Shown here: piece after piece, positions 40,020 through 49,811 of the stretch
Layout: the number at the start of each line of letters is the position of its first letter
Position numbering within the stretch: the stretch's first letter is position 1
NCBI GenBank assembly: GCA_964552045.1
Contig: CAZKFF010000006.1
Location: 34,657-98,656 of the forward strand
DNA: 64,000 nucleotides
Source: an uncultured Candidatus Saccharibacteria bacterium
Lineage (GTDB): Bacteria > Patescibacteriota > Minisyncoccia > Phycocordibacterales > UBA918
Direction of reading: 5' to 3'
Program-made: the position numbers and the translations under genes
The notes under the pieces: model-generated
Seen by the model: the letters and a program-made list of their open reading frames with translations, nothing else
What the model was told of the DNA's origin: nothing
The model's database searches: none

Positions 40020-42503
40020 ATGCAGGAAACTATATTACTCAAGCAGGATGCATCGAAAGATCCGATCGAACAAATACTGTTAAGCATATCCCAGAACATC
40101 ATTGCCATCGTGTTCGGTATTCTGCCGCTCTTTTTTATCCCCGTTCCGTACATGCCATTTGATTATGGCAAAACGATCTTTGTCATCGTCGGCGTACTGC
40201 TTGCGGTGATATTCTTCAGTTTGTCGGTGCTTCGTTCAGGCAGGGTATCGCTTGCTGCTCCGCTTGCGCTATGGGGATTGTGGGGGGTTGCGCTTGCAAC
40301 CGTATTATCCGCCGTCCTCTCAGGAGATATGCGCGATGCTTTCATTGGTGACGATATCGGTGTCCATACGAGTGTGTTTGTTGTGCTCCTTGCATCTGTC
40401 GCGACCATTACGCTCCTTATCGGACAGACAAAGGCAAGCATCATGCGTCTCTATGTGCTCTTAACCGGAAGCGCCATTGTGCTCGGCGTATTCCACCTGC
40501 TGCGGTTGTTCTTCGGGCCGGACATGCTTTCGCTTGGCATTTTGCGGGATTTGGTTGCAACGCCGATCGGTGGATGGAATGACCTGGCGCTGTTTTTCGG
40601 CCTCTCAATTCTGGTTGCGCTTGTCGCATTCGAACAATTGCCGCTGACCCGACCAGGAAAAGCATTGTTTGCTGCAGTTATCATCTTCTCGCTTGCTATG
40701 CTTGGAGTGGTCAATTTCTATGCAGTCTGGATCGTGCTCGGCCTTGTAAGCCTTGTGCTTTTGATGTACAGCCTCACCAAGGATCGGTTTTCAGAGAAGA
40801 CTATGATGCTCGAAGGAAAAAAGAGCACAACTGTGCTTCCGGTCATTCTCACTGCTCTGGTATTTATTGTTTCGCTTATGTTCATCATCGGAAGCGGACC
40901 TATCGGAAGCATGATCTCCAAGGCAACAGGTATTTCATACATCGAGGTCAGACCATCGTTCTCTGCGACAATGGAGATAACACGGAACGTGTTCAAGGAA
41001 AATGCCTTCGTCGGCATCGGACCCAATAAGTTTGTTGATGCGTGGCGTCTTTACAAAGACCCGGCGATCAATGAGACGGTCTTCTGGGCGACTGACTTCA
41101 GGGGAGCAAGCGGCTATCTCACGACGTTCTTTGCAACAACCGGTATCGTGGGAATCGCTGCATGGCTCGTGTTCCTTTTCCTCTTCCTTTTCGCAGGATT
41201 CCGTATGCTGTTTAAGGCAACGCGTGAGGATACGTTCTGGTACTTCATCGGAAGCTCCTCGTTTGTTGCTGCCGCATATTTGTGGTGCATGTCATTCGTA
41301 TACGTGCCCGGGGCGACGATCCTGCTTCTTGCCGCCATCCTGACGAGCGTCATGTTTGCAGCATACAGCGCGACAGTTCCATCCCGGGTGTTCGCATTCT
41401 CGATTGCGGCAAACAAGCGCGCCGGCATCCTACTTGTTGGATTTGTCATGGTGGTCATCGTCGGCGCTTCGAGCGCTTTGTATTACACCATTCGCCATTA
41501 CTCAGGGGTGTATACGTACAGCAAAGCGCTTTCCGCATCTCAGGTTGCTGGTGCCGATCTTTCACAGATAGAATCGGACATTGTCTCGGCGTACGGACTT
41601 TCGCGGAATGAATCATATGCGCTGCAGCTCGCCTCATATCAGCTCGCAAAGATCAATACGTTTGTCGCACTGCCAGAGCTCTCAGAGGAGCAGCAGGCGC
41701 AATTCCAGGGAAGCGTTCAGAACGGCATTGATGCAGCCATGCTTGCGGCAAACCAGGACCCGACCGATTCGCTCAACTGGTCAACGCTCGGAAGCATATA
41801 TAGCGTACTTGCAGCTGCTTCTGTAGAGGGGGCACAGGATAAGGCACAAGAAGCGTTTGCGCAGGCACGATCATTCGATCCGGTCAACCCACTTTATGCG
41901 CTCCTTGAGGCGCAGCTCGCTTCCCGCACGGGTGACTTGGCAGCCGCCCGTACAAAGGCGCAGGAGGCAGTGACGCTCAAGAGCAATTATACCGATGCAC
42001 TTTTCTTCCTTGCACAGATAGATATCGCTGAAGGAAAGACAAGCGACGCCATTGCCACTACCCGTGCTATCACATCACTTGAACCGAACAATCCGGCGCG
42101 GCACTATCAGCTCGGCGTTCTGCTTTCTGCAAATGGTGATACTGACGGTGCGATTGATGCGTTCAGAAAAGCGGTGCAGCTTGATACCAACTATGCCAAC
42201 GCCCGATACTTCCTTGCGCTCTCACTCGCACAGAGGGGAGATACTGCGGGCGCCATTGCTGAACTTCAGGCTGTGCTCGCACTCAATCCGGGCAACACAG
42301 AAGTAGAGGCGCTCATTGCACAGCTGCAGTCCGGAGAGCCGCTTACGGTCGCGCCTGAATCAACCGAGCAAGTGGATGAGCCTGAAACGGTCAACGCTGA
42401 AGATGATGCAATTACAACCACAGAAACCCCTGACACATCGCTCGTCTCTCCGGTGAATGTCATCGACGGCGAAGAGGAGACTGCTGAAGAAGCACAGCAA
42501 TAA
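40020..42503 (+). CDS. O-antigen ligase/polymerase-like (Wzy_C) membrane protein fused to C-terminal TPR repeats
   Basis: About 12 TM with large loop, then TPR-like repeats (YANARYFLALSLAQRGDTAGAIAELQAVLALNP) and an acidic tail. Confidence 0.7.
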   Translation: MQETILLKQDASKDPIEQILLSISQNIIAIVFGILPLFFIPVPYMPFDYGKTIFVIVGVLLAVIFFSLSVLRSGRVSLAAPLALWGLWGVALATVLSAVLSGDMRDAFIGDDIGVHTSVFVVLLASVATITLLIGQTKASIMRLYVLLTGSAIVLGVFHLLRLFFGPDMLSLGILRDLVATPIGGWNDLALFFGLSILVALVAFEQLPLTRPGKALFAAVIIFSLAMLGVVNFYAVWIVLGLVSLVLLMYSLTKDRFSEKTMMLEGKKSTTVLPVILTALVFIVSLMFIIGSGPIGSMISKATGISYIEVRPSFSATMEITRNVFKENAFVGIGPNKFVDAWRLYKDPAINETVFWATDFRGASGYLTTFFATTGIVGIAAWLVFLFLFLFAGFRMLFKATREDTFWYFIGSSSFVAAAYLWCMSFVYVPGATILLLAAILTSVMFAAYSATVPSRVFAFSIAANKRAGILLVGFVMVVIVGASSALYYTIRHYSGVYTYSKALSASQVAGADLSQIESDIVSAYGLSRNESYALQLASYQLAKINTFVALPELSEEQQAQFQGSVQNGIDAAMLAANQDPTDSLNWSTLGSIYSVLAAASVEGAQDKAQEAFAQARSFDPVNPLYALLEAQLASRTGDLAAARTKAQEAVTLKSNYTDALFFLAQIDIAEGKTSDAIATTRAITSLEPNNPARHYQLGVLLSANGDTDGAIDAFRKAVQLDTNYANARYFLALSLAQRGDTAGAIAELQAVLALNPGNTEVEALIAQLQSGEPLTVAPESTEQVDEPETVNAEDDAITTTETPDTSLVSPVNVIDGEEETAEEAQQ

Positions 42504-42512
42504 GCCTCTGCC

Positions 42513-44189
42513 ATGGTAAAGCGGATGTTTGAGATCGTCTATAAGGAGGTACGCGGCCTGCATCAGGCTGCGTATGTGCTTGGGCTGTTCACCTTCGGTT
42601 CGCAGCTTCTGGCGTTGGTGCGCGACCGCATGCTTGCCCATGAGTTCGGAGCCGGTGTTGAACTTGACCTGTACTATGCCGCATTCCGGATACCCGATCT
42701 CCTGTATGTACTGTTCGCATCTACTTTGTCGGTATATGTACTCATTCCCTTTGTTGCGAGCCGCATCCAAGGTGAAGACGCGTCTGCGGCCCGCCAGCTT
42801 CTGAGCCAGGTATTCAGCGTCTTCCTTGTTGTCTATACGGTTCTGGCGCTTCTTCTGGCGCTCTGTGCGCCGTTCATCCTCCCGCTTTTGTTCCCTGGTA
42901 TGGCAGGGCATGGGCAGGAGCTTGTGACACTGACGCGGATATTGCTCCTCCAGCCGCTTTTGCTCGGCGTTTCAAGTCTCTTCGGCGTAGTGACGCAGCT
43001 TGGACACCGGTTTGTACTTTATGCGATCAGCCCGCTCATCTATAACGTCGGCATCATCGCCGGTATTATCTTTTTCTATCCTTCCATCGGACTCAGCGGA
43101 TTGGCGCTCGGAGTGGTGTGCGGAGCGCTCGGCCACATGCTCGTCCAGCAGCCCTTGGTCCGTAAGAGCAATCTTTCATTCGGATTCACCACCGCTGTGT
43201 CATTTCCGCTCATCAGACAGGTGCTCAGTGTATCGGTGCCGCGCGCGGTCACACTCGCCATGCATCAGATCGTTCTGCTCGTTTTGATCGGGATCGCGAG
43301 CCTCATGACCGTCGGCTCGGTCTCTGTGTTTCAACTGGCGTACAATCTGCAGTCAGTTCCGCTTGCGGTTATTGGCGCAAGCTATTCCATTGCCGCGTTT
43401 CCGTTCCTTGCCGACCTGTTTGCACAGAAAAAAATGGATGCATTTCGGCTTCACATTGTAACGGCGTTGCGCCATATTATCTTTTGGTCAGTCCCGGCAA
43501 TAGGCCTTGTCATTGTGCTTCGCGCGCAGCTGGTCCGCGTGGTGCTCGGCAGTGGCGCCTTCGATTGGGGAGATACGCGCCTGACGGCTGCAACGCTTGC
43601 GCTTTTGTCTCTGTCGCTGTTTGCGCAGGCGATCAATCTGCTTATCGTCAGAACATTCTATGCCGGAGGCAACACGCGGACGCCGTTTGTGGTCACCTGC
43701 GCCGGTTCTGCCTGTGCGGTTGTGCTGACATTCTGCATATACGGACTGTATGTCACATACCCGGGGTTTGTGGACGCGCTGGGGTCGCTTTTACGCATCG
43801 AAGCAGTGCCTGGTTCTGAAGTGGTGGTTGTTGCGCTTTCGTACAGTGTCGCCATGTGCGGGCAGACGCTTGTACTATTCCTGTGCGCGGTGCGCAGCTT
43901 TTCCATACCGCTCGGGTGGCTGTCGGCCAATTTCAGCAGGTCATTCGCCGCAGCGGTCGTTGGCTCGCTGTGCGCATACGCCACACTCAATTTCTTCGTT
44001 GAAGGCATCAATGAAGCAACTTTCCTCGGTATTCTCATCCAGGGAGCACTCGGCGGCGGGATCGGTGTGAGCGGGGTGATCCTCACGTATCATCTGCTCC
44101 GCTCGCCTGAGCTTCGGGAGATCTACAAGGCATCTCATCGGCGTATATTCAAAACGGATGTCGTTGCGCCGCAGGAGGATGTACTGTAA
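42513..44189 (+). CDS. murJ: Lipid II flippase MurJ (MviN family)
   Basis: 14-TM MOP-superfamily protein; conserved N-terminal region AFRIPDLLYVLFASTL. Confidence 0.85.
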   Translation: MVKRMFEIVYKEVRGLHQAAYVLGLFTFGSQLLALVRDRMLAHEFGAGVELDLYYAAFRIPDLLYVLFASTLSVYVLIPFVASRIQGEDASAARQLLSQVFSVFLVVYTVLALLLALCAPFILPLLFPGMAGHGQELVTLTRILLLQPLLLGVSSLFGVVTQLGHRFVLYAISPLIYNVGIIAGIIFFYPSIGLSGLALGVVCGALGHMLVQQPLVRKSNLSFGFTTAVSFPLIRQVLSVSVPRAVTLAMHQIVLLVLIGIASLMTVGSVSVFQLAYNLQSVPLAVIGASYSIAAFPFLADLFAQKKMDAFRLHIVTALRHIIFWSVPAIGLVIVLRAQLVRVVLGSGAFDWGDTRLTAATLALLSLSLFAQAINLLIVRTFYAGGNTRTPFVVTCAGSACAVVLTFCIYGLYVTYPGFVDALGSLLRIEAVPGSEVVVVALSYSVAMCGQTLVLFLCAVRSFSIPLGWLSANFSRSFAAAVVGSLCAYATLNFFVEGINEATFLGILIQGALGGGIGVSGVILTYHLLRSPELREIYKASHRRIFKTDVVAPQEDVL

Positions 44190-44204
44190 AGTACGCGGAC
44201 TGTT

Positions 44205-45992
44205 ATGAAGCCGCAGATAAGAAATTTCAGCATCATAGCCCATATTGACCATGGGAAGAGCACACTTGCTGACCGTATGCTCGAAGAGACGAAGACCGTC
44301 GAGGCGCGCCTGATGAAGGAACAGGTGCTCGATTCGATGGACCTGGAGCGCGAACGCGGTATCACCATAAAGATGCAGCCAGTACGCATGGCGCATACCT
44401 ACAAAGGTGCGTCGTACGAGCTCAATCTCATTGATACGCCGGGGCATATCGACTTTTCATACGAAGTATCCCGCGCCCTCAATGCAGTTGAGGGTGTGCT
44501 TCTGCTTGTTGATAGCACACAGGGGGTACAGGCGCAGACTCTGAGTGTCCTGCAGATGGCGAAGGATCAGCATCTTACCATCATTCCCGTGCTCACCAAG
44601 GTCGATGTCCCGCACGCCCGTATTGACGAGGTCGGACACGAGCTGCAAACGCTCCTCGGATGTGAGGAGTCATCCATTCTTCGCGTATCGGGGAAGACGG
44701 GGGAGGGGGTCGCCTCATTGCTTGACGCGATCTGTGAGCGCGTACCCGCACCGGAGCTGAAGGAAGACGCCCCTTTACGCGGCCTTGTTTTCGATTTCCA
44801 GTACTCAAACCACCGGGGCATCATCGTCTATCTGCGCATTTTCGATGGGGCGGTCAAGAAGGGTGACCAGCTGAAGTTCGCAGTGAGCGGAAAGACCTTC
44901 CAGGCGCTTGAGGTCGGCATGCTCGCCCCAAGTGAGGTGCCGGTCGGATCGCTTACCTCCGGCGAGATTGGCTATGTTGTAACCGGCATCAAAGAACCGG
45001 GAGTAGCCTCGGTAGGAGATACTATTATTTTTGAAAAGAGCGCTTCAGAGCCGCTTCCCGGGTACAAAGAAGCGCGGCCGGTGGTATGGGCGTCAGTGTT
45101 TCCTGAGAGCCAGGATGACTTCACCATCCTTCGCCAGGCGCTTGACCGGCTGAAGCTTTCGGACTCATCACTGTCGTATGAAGAAGAGTCTTCGGGAGTG
45201 CTCGGTCGGGGGTTCCGATGCGGCTTTTTGGGCATGCTCCATCTTGAGATCATCACCGAGCGTCTGCGGCGGGAATTCAATGTTGAACTGATCATCACGG
45301 CGCCATCCATTTCATATGAGATAACCGACCCCGAACATGGTGTTGAGGAGATATATGCCGCGTCTCGCTTTCCGGATTTTCATGACAAGGTAACAGTGCG
45401 CGAGCCATGGATACTTGCGCAGATCATCATGCCGCCCGACTATATGGGGAACGTCATGACGCTCTTGTACGACCATGAAGCGACCGTGCTGGAGACAGAG
45501 GTGTTCGGGGATGGTCGAACACTTTTGACTGCGGAAATGCCGCTGCGTGAGCTGATGCGCGGCTTCTTTGATAAACTCAAGAACGCTTCAAGCGGCTATG
45601 CATCACTCTCGTACGAGATCGCGGAGATGCGTCCGGCATCGGTCGCCCGGCTTGATGTGTTCGTCGCCGAAGAGCTTGTACCGGCCTTCTCACGGGTTGT
45701 CGGCATCCGCAGAGCGGAGACCGAAGCGAAAGCGGTCGTTGAAAAACTCTACAATACGCTGCCGCGCCAGATGTTCGTCGTTAAGATACAGGCGAAAACG
45801 CTCGGACGCATCGTAGCGTCCCGCTCGCTGTCTGCGATGAAGAAGGATGTGACCGGGTACCTGTACGGCGGCGATATCACTCGCAAGATGAAGCTGCGCG
45901 AGAAGCAGAAGAAGGGGAAGAAACGGATGCTCGCCTACGGTAAGGTCAATATTCCTCCTGAGGTATTCATGAAAATGGTAAAAGAAGACTAA
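44205..45992 (+). CDS. lepA: Elongation factor 4 (LepA)
   Basis: NFSIIAHIDHGKSTLADR G1 motif and LepA C-terminal domain. Confidence 0.95.
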   Translation: MKPQIRNFSIIAHIDHGKSTLADRMLEETKTVEARLMKEQVLDSMDLERERGITIKMQPVRMAHTYKGASYELNLIDTPGHIDFSYEVSRALNAVEGVLLLVDSTQGVQAQTLSVLQMAKDQHLTIIPVLTKVDVPHARIDEVGHELQTLLGCEESSILRVSGKTGEGVASLLDAICERVPAPELKEDAPLRGLVFDFQYSNHRGIIVYLRIFDGAVKKGDQLKFAVSGKTFQALEVGMLAPSEVPVGSLTSGEIGYVVTGIKEPGVASVGDTIIFEKSASEPLPGYKEARPVVWASVFPESQDDFTILRQALDRLKLSDSSLSYEEESSGVLGRGFRCGFLGMLHLEIITERLRREFNVELIITAPSISYEITDPEHGVEEIYAASRFPDFHDKVTVREPWILAQIIMPPDYMGNVMTLLYDHEATVLETEVFGDGRTLLTAEMPLRELMRGFFDKLKNASSGYASLSYEIAEMRPASVARLDVFVAEELVPAFSRVVGIRRAETEAKAVVEKLYNTLPRQMFVVKIQAKTLGRIVASRSLSAMKKDVTGYLYGGDITRKMKLREKQKKGKKRMLAYGKVNIPPEVFMKMVKED

Positions 45993-46106
45993 ATGTCTTC
46001 TTTTACGACTTTGACTGATATTTCTGGAAGAATGAACAGAAATATCGACAAAGTGTACAGCTCCTGTAAGGAGGAAGAGCGACGGCCGCTGTAAGCGGAA
46101 GAAGAC

Positions 46107-46140
46107 CAAAAAAGAGCCGGACGCAGGTCCGGCTCTTTTC
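46107..46140. terminator. Bidirectional terminator
   Basis: aaaaaagagccggacgcaggtccggctcttttcc. Confidence 0.7.
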
Positions 46141-46263
46141 CTAGAAGAAGCTTCCGCTTCCGCCGGAATAGGCGAAGATCATGCTGAGTATAATGAGTAT
46201 GGCAATGGTTATCCAGACCCATTTAATGGTTGATTTGGTCCGTTTGTGGAAAAGAAAGCTCAT
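46141..46263 (-). CDS. Candidate 40-aa single-TM miniprotein
   Basis: MSFLFHKRTKSTIKWVWITIAILIILSMIFAYSGGSGSFF; stop abuts the terminator; below the ORF-track length threshold. Confidence 0.3.
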   Translation of the reverse strand: MSFLFHKRTKSTIKWVWITIAILIILSMIFAYSGGSGSFF

Positions 46264-46310
46264 GAAGCAGTACGTTATCGTTTCATTAAAGAATGATAAG
46301 ATAATACCAT

Positions 46311-46676
46311 ATGGCGAGCTTTGGAAAAAAGAAGAGATTCACAGAGTATCTGTACTCCAAACCAAGCCTTTTTCTTCTGGGCATCCTCATTATTTTCCTC
46401 AGCATCGCGGTGTACGCCCGGTTTACCGTGGAGCGTGAGATGGCAGCACGGCAATACGAAACCGAACAGAAGAAAGCGGAGCTTTTGGAACGAAAAGGGG
46501 AATTGCAGGAACGCGTGGAGTATCTCTCAGGAGAGCGGGGCATTGAGGAAGAGATACGGAAGCATTTTGATGTTGCAAAAGAGGGGGAACAGGTGGTGAT
46601 CATTGTCGGAGAGGAGAAAGAAGAAGCACCGCAACCACCGGTCGCACCCCCGAAACCCTGGTACCAATTTTGGTAA
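46311..46676 (+). CDS. Septum formation initiator (FtsB/DivIC-like)
   Basis: N-terminal TM plus coiled-coil (ELLERKGELQERVEYL), Pro-rich tail. Confidence 0.6.
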   Translation: MASFGKKKRFTEYLYSKPSLFLLGILIIFLSIAVYARFTVEREMAARQYETEQKKAELLERKGELQERVEYLSGERGIEEEIRKHFDVAKEGEQVVIIVGEEKEEAPQPPVAPPKPWYQFW

Positions 46677-46724
46677 AAAACCAGTGCGTGCTTCCTTTTT
46701 TGAAGGATGGTATACTATAGCCCT

Positions 46725-46961
46725 ATGGAAAAAACAGTAACAATTTACAGTACTCCTGTGTGCCATTTTTGTCAGGCAGCAAAGGAGTACTTTAAGGAGA
46801 ACAATGTCTCATACACTGAATTCGATGTTGCTTCGGACCAGGCAAAACGCCAGGAGATGATCGAAATGACCGGGCAAATGGGTGTGCCAGTCATCCGTAT
46901 CGACAATGATGTTGTCGTCGGGTTTGATGAAGACAAGGTCAAGGAGCTTTTGACCGTATAA
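46725..46961 (+). CDS. Glutaredoxin-like protein (NrdH/YruB type, CHFC active site)
   Basis: TIYSTPVCHFCQAAKEYF thioredoxin-fold motif. Confidence 0.7.
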   Translation: MEKTVTIYSTPVCHFCQAAKEYFKENNVSYTEFDVASDQAKRQEMIEMTGQMGVPVIRIDNDVVVGFDEDKVKELLTV

Positions 46962-47037
46962 TCCCTCAAAAAAGACCAAAAAGAGGACATATCCCCCGTG
47001 GGAATATGTCCTCTTTTTGTGGTACAGTAACCGACAC

Positions 47038-47109
47038 GCTTTCATAGTTCAATGGATAGAACAACTCCGTCCTAAGGAGGAAATCCTGGTTCGATTCCGG
47101 GTGAGAGCA
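47038..47109 (+). tRNA. tRNA-Arg (CCU)
   Basis: GCTTTCA..ACTCC-GTCCTAA-GGAGG..CCTGG-TTCGATT-CCGGG-TGAGAGC-A. Confidence 0.7.
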
Positions 47110-47110
47110 C

Positions 47111-47152
47111 AAAACGAGAAAAAGCTCCCTGCGGAGCTTTTTCTCGTTTTGT
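47111..47152. terminator. Bidirectional terminator, 18-bp perfect stem
   Basis: aaaacgagaaaaagctcc-ctgc-ggagctttttctcgtttt. Confidence 0.75.
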
Positions 47153-47359
47153 GAAGCGGAGACATGTTTTTTGCTCTTCCTTGAGCAAAAACGGTCGAGC
47201 TGGGGCAGCACATACTTATGAGCGTAAGCGAATTAGTGATCTGCGCCAACAAGGTTGCGAGTACTTAGGATCTGAAGAGTAAAGCACTGGATCATTCCTA
47301 GTAACTCATGGCCACACGCATCTACAAAGACCAAAATAACGTCTGCTATAATAATCCCC

Positions 47360-47662
47360 ATGGAAAATGAAAATGCTCATGTGGAGCTTAAACAGCTGAT
47401 CCTGGAAAACACTGCATTGATCAAGGAGAATAACAGACTTTTGCGCAAGATCCACCGCAATGGGCTCATGGAATTCTGGACCCGGGTCGTATGGTATATC
47501 CTGCTCATTGGATTGCCGTTCGCACTCTATTTCTATGTGCTCGAGCCGTACTTTACGGCCATGGGTTCCTCGTACGAGACGTTCAGTGCGGGTATGCAGG
47601 AGATACCCGGCTGGAAGCAATTCACTGAGACTGTTGAAGCCATCAAGGCAGGGGAACGATAG
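47360..47662 (+). CDS. Hypothetical coiled-coil/TM protein
   Basis: 100-aa ORF, one TM helix; copy 1 of the TTAGTAACTC(G/A)TG motif lies 60 nt upstream. Confidence 0.45.
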   Translation: MENENAHVELKQLILENTALIKENNRLLRKIHRNGLMEFWTRVVWYILLIGLPFALYFYVLEPYFTAMGSSYETFSAGMQEIPGWKQFTETVEAIKAGER

Positions 47663-47722
47663 CATTTGAAAAAAGCTCAAAAATGGGTACAATAGCACGG
47701 CTATATGGAAGTATAGTCCGAC

Positions 47723-47795
47723 GCTCAGATAGCTCAGTTGGTAGAGCATTCCCCTGAAGAGGGAAGGGTCGTCAGTTCGAGCCTGACTCTGAGCA
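47723..47795 (+). tRNA. tRNA-Phe (GAA)
   Basis: GCTCAGA..TTCCC-CTGAAGA-GGGAA..GTCAG-TTCGAGC-CTGAC-TCTGAGC-A. Confidence 0.85.
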
Positions 47796-47799
47796 CAAC

Positions 47800-47848
47800 G
47801 ACAGAACAGAAAACACCCATTCTTAAGAATGGGTGTTTTCTGTTCTAG
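47800..47848. terminator. Long palindromic terminator
   Basis: cagaacagaaaacacccattcttaagaatgggtgttttctgttctag. Confidence 0.75.
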
Positions 47849-47959
47849 CAAGCAAAAGGCTTTGCTTGCGTGCCGTTGTGCTGACCGCAGCGATGCCGGA
47901 GGCGAGCGAGGTGGGGTCGAGAGTACTTGCTAGAATTGGAGCTTTGCGAACAATTATAG

Positions 47960-48058
47960 TTAGTAACTCGTGACCACCAATAATGAGAAAATTGCTTAGA
48001 AACTCGTGTCGAGCCTGTTTTTTGCTTAGTAACTCGTGACCGCGCCTGATTCTGAGCT
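47960..48058 (+). repeat. Three tandem-ish copies of motif TTAGTAACTCGTGACC plus degenerate tRNA-Phe 3' fragments
   Basis: Motif copies at 47960-47975, 47995-48010, 48026-48041; gcgcctgattctgagct (48042-48058) and tcgagcctg (48009-48017) match the tRNA-Phe 3' end. Confidence 0.6.
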
Positions 48059-48071
48059 GTATAATTCGGTT

Positions 48072-48509
48072 ATGAGTGAAATTTATCTGCTCCGTCATGG
48101 TGCGTACGAAGAAGGAGAATCGACTTTAAATAGTAGAGGGATTAAACAGATAAAAACTGTTATTGAATATCTCAGAGAAGCAGTTTCTAAACTTGAAATT
48201 TTTTCTTCATCCGGACCACGAGCGATTCAGACGGCTCACCTTATTGCCGATGAGTTCCAGATATCAGTACAAGTAGTATCTTGGCTAAACAAAACTGTTG
48301 ATTTCCAAAAATTAGATTTAGAGTCAAAAGTATCTGAGAGTACTAATTTAAATCAAGTGTTACTTGTAACTAGTGGGGAATTTATTCATAACTACATCGA
48401 AAATTTTTTCGCATTGAATCAAGTCCAAAATCCTCTGAAACCACTTGTTAAAGGTGAAGTGATACTCTGTAAATTAAGTAAACAGGATTTTTTTGTCAGA
48501 TATTTTTAA
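48072..48509 (+). CDS. Histidine-phosphatase-superfamily protein (SixA/PGAM-like)
   Basis: IYLLRHGAYEEGE (RHG catalytic motif); gene is markedly AT-rich relative to its flanks. Confidence 0.6.
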   Translation: MSEIYLLRHGAYEEGESTLNSRGIKQIKTVIEYLREAVSKLEIFSSSGPRAIQTAHLIADEFQISVQVVSWLNKTVDFQKLDLESKVSESTNLNQVLLVTSGEFIHNYIENFFALNQVQNPLKPLVKGEVILCKLSKQDFFVRYF

Positions 48510-48538
48510 TTTTAAAAACCACCTTTCGGTGGTCCTTG

Positions 48539-49087
48539 TTACTTCAACGGTGCGTGTGGCTTCACTTTGAGCCGTGTGCTGCGTCCTTTATCAACTTTTG
48601 GCAACCGTATTTCGAGGAGCCCATGTTTTTCCTGCGCCTCCGCCTCATCAATGACAACTTCTTCAGGAAGAAGAAGTGTACGGGAGAATGAGCCCCAGAA
48701 CAGCTCTCGATGATAATAGTCATCATTTGATGCCTCTTTGTATTCTTCGCGTGAGCCTTTGATGGTCACCATGTCGCGCGTGATCGCAATATCAAGGTCG
48801 TCAGGGGAAACGCCGGCCACAAGTGCGCGGATAACAATAGCATCACCCGTCTGGTACATATCAACTGGGAGCTCACCATCCTGATTCTCATCATCGTCCG
48901 GACCCTCCTGTCCGTGCCACTCGGATTCGTCCTCGTACTGGGAGGCGGACTCTTCCTCACCGAACTCATGCTCATCATCAAGGACGTCATCGTATGCGTC
49001 GGCTTTGACTGAACCGGTGAGCCGTTCTAGAAATGATGGTTTTTTCATGTTATTTAATGATGTGCTGCGCATTATGCCGCGCTTCAA
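48539..49087 (-). CDS. Hsp20/alpha-crystallin family small heat-shock protein
   Basis: Alpha-crystallin domain (..DAIVIRALVAGVSPDDLDIAITRDMVTIKG..LLEIRLPK); start may be ATG 49048 (MKKPSF). Confidence 0.75.
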   Translation of the reverse strand: MKRGIMRSTSLNNMKKPSFLERLTGSVKADAYDDVLDDEHEFGEEESASQYEDESEWHGQEGPDDDENQDGELPVDMYQTGDAIVIRALVAGVSPDDLDIAITRDMVTIKGSREEYKEASNDDYYHRELFWGSFSRTLLLPEEVVIDEAEAQEKHGLLEIRLPKVDKGRSTRLKVKPHAPLK

Positions 49088-49754
49088 GGATCTTCACCTT
49101 CTCAAAGATGAGGAAGAGGACGATGATGCCCATCCATACGAAGAGAAACACGCCTAAAATGGTTTCTCCGCTTGCATCCATTATAAAAAAGTTAAATAGT
49201 GCATGCAATACAATGCCGATGAACAACCCCAATGAACCGAGCGCGAGTTTCGCAGCGCTGCTTTTGAAGAACGCCAGTGCCAGAAATGCGCCCACCGTGC
49301 CTGAGGCGAGTACATGGAGAAGCGTTGCGCCGACAAACCGGAAAAAGCCGGTGAGAGCTGAACCGGTAAAGTCGCCTGTGGTGAGCGGATTGAAAATGAA
49401 CAGGGCGTTCTCCAGGGCAGCAAATCCAAGCGCTATGGTAATCATATAGATGATGACATCAACTGGCTCGTCCACCGCTTTGTTCCAAAGGATCATGAGC
49501 AATGCCGCCGCGTATTTCAGTACCTCCTCGATAATGACCCATATGAAAATAAGGTTTTCTCCATAATATGAATCGAGTGCCAGTTTTTGGAGCGGGAGTG
49601 CCAGCGGTACCACCATCATGCCGCCGATGAATGCAAGGGCGATCAAAAGATACGGCTCAGGGCGTTCCTTGTCTTCGCGGAGCCAGAACCAGAGCCAGAA
49701 AAGGGCGGGCACCAAGCCGCCGAGGAATGCTATCGCAAAATTCGTCGATTCCAT
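49050..49754 (-). CDS. PrsW-family intramembrane metalloprotease
   Basis: EEVLKYAA (EExxK), FAALENALF, HALFN motifs; 7-8 TM. Confidence 0.7.
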   Translation of the reverse strand: MESTNFAIAFLGGLVPALFWLWFWLREDKERPEPYLLIALAFIGGMMVVPLALPLQKLALDSYYGENLIFIWVIIEEVLKYAAALLMILWNKAVDEPVDVIIYMITIALGFAALENALFIFNPLTTGDFTGSALTGFFRFVGATLLHVLASGTVGAFLALAFFKSSAAKLALGSLGLFIGIVLHALFNFFIMDASGETILGVFLFVWMGIIVLFLIFEKVKILEARHNAQHIIK

Positions 49755-49811
49755 CGCCTCATTGTATCAGCAAAGCACCGCAGACTCTCGTCTGCGGTGC
49801 TTTGCTGTGCA

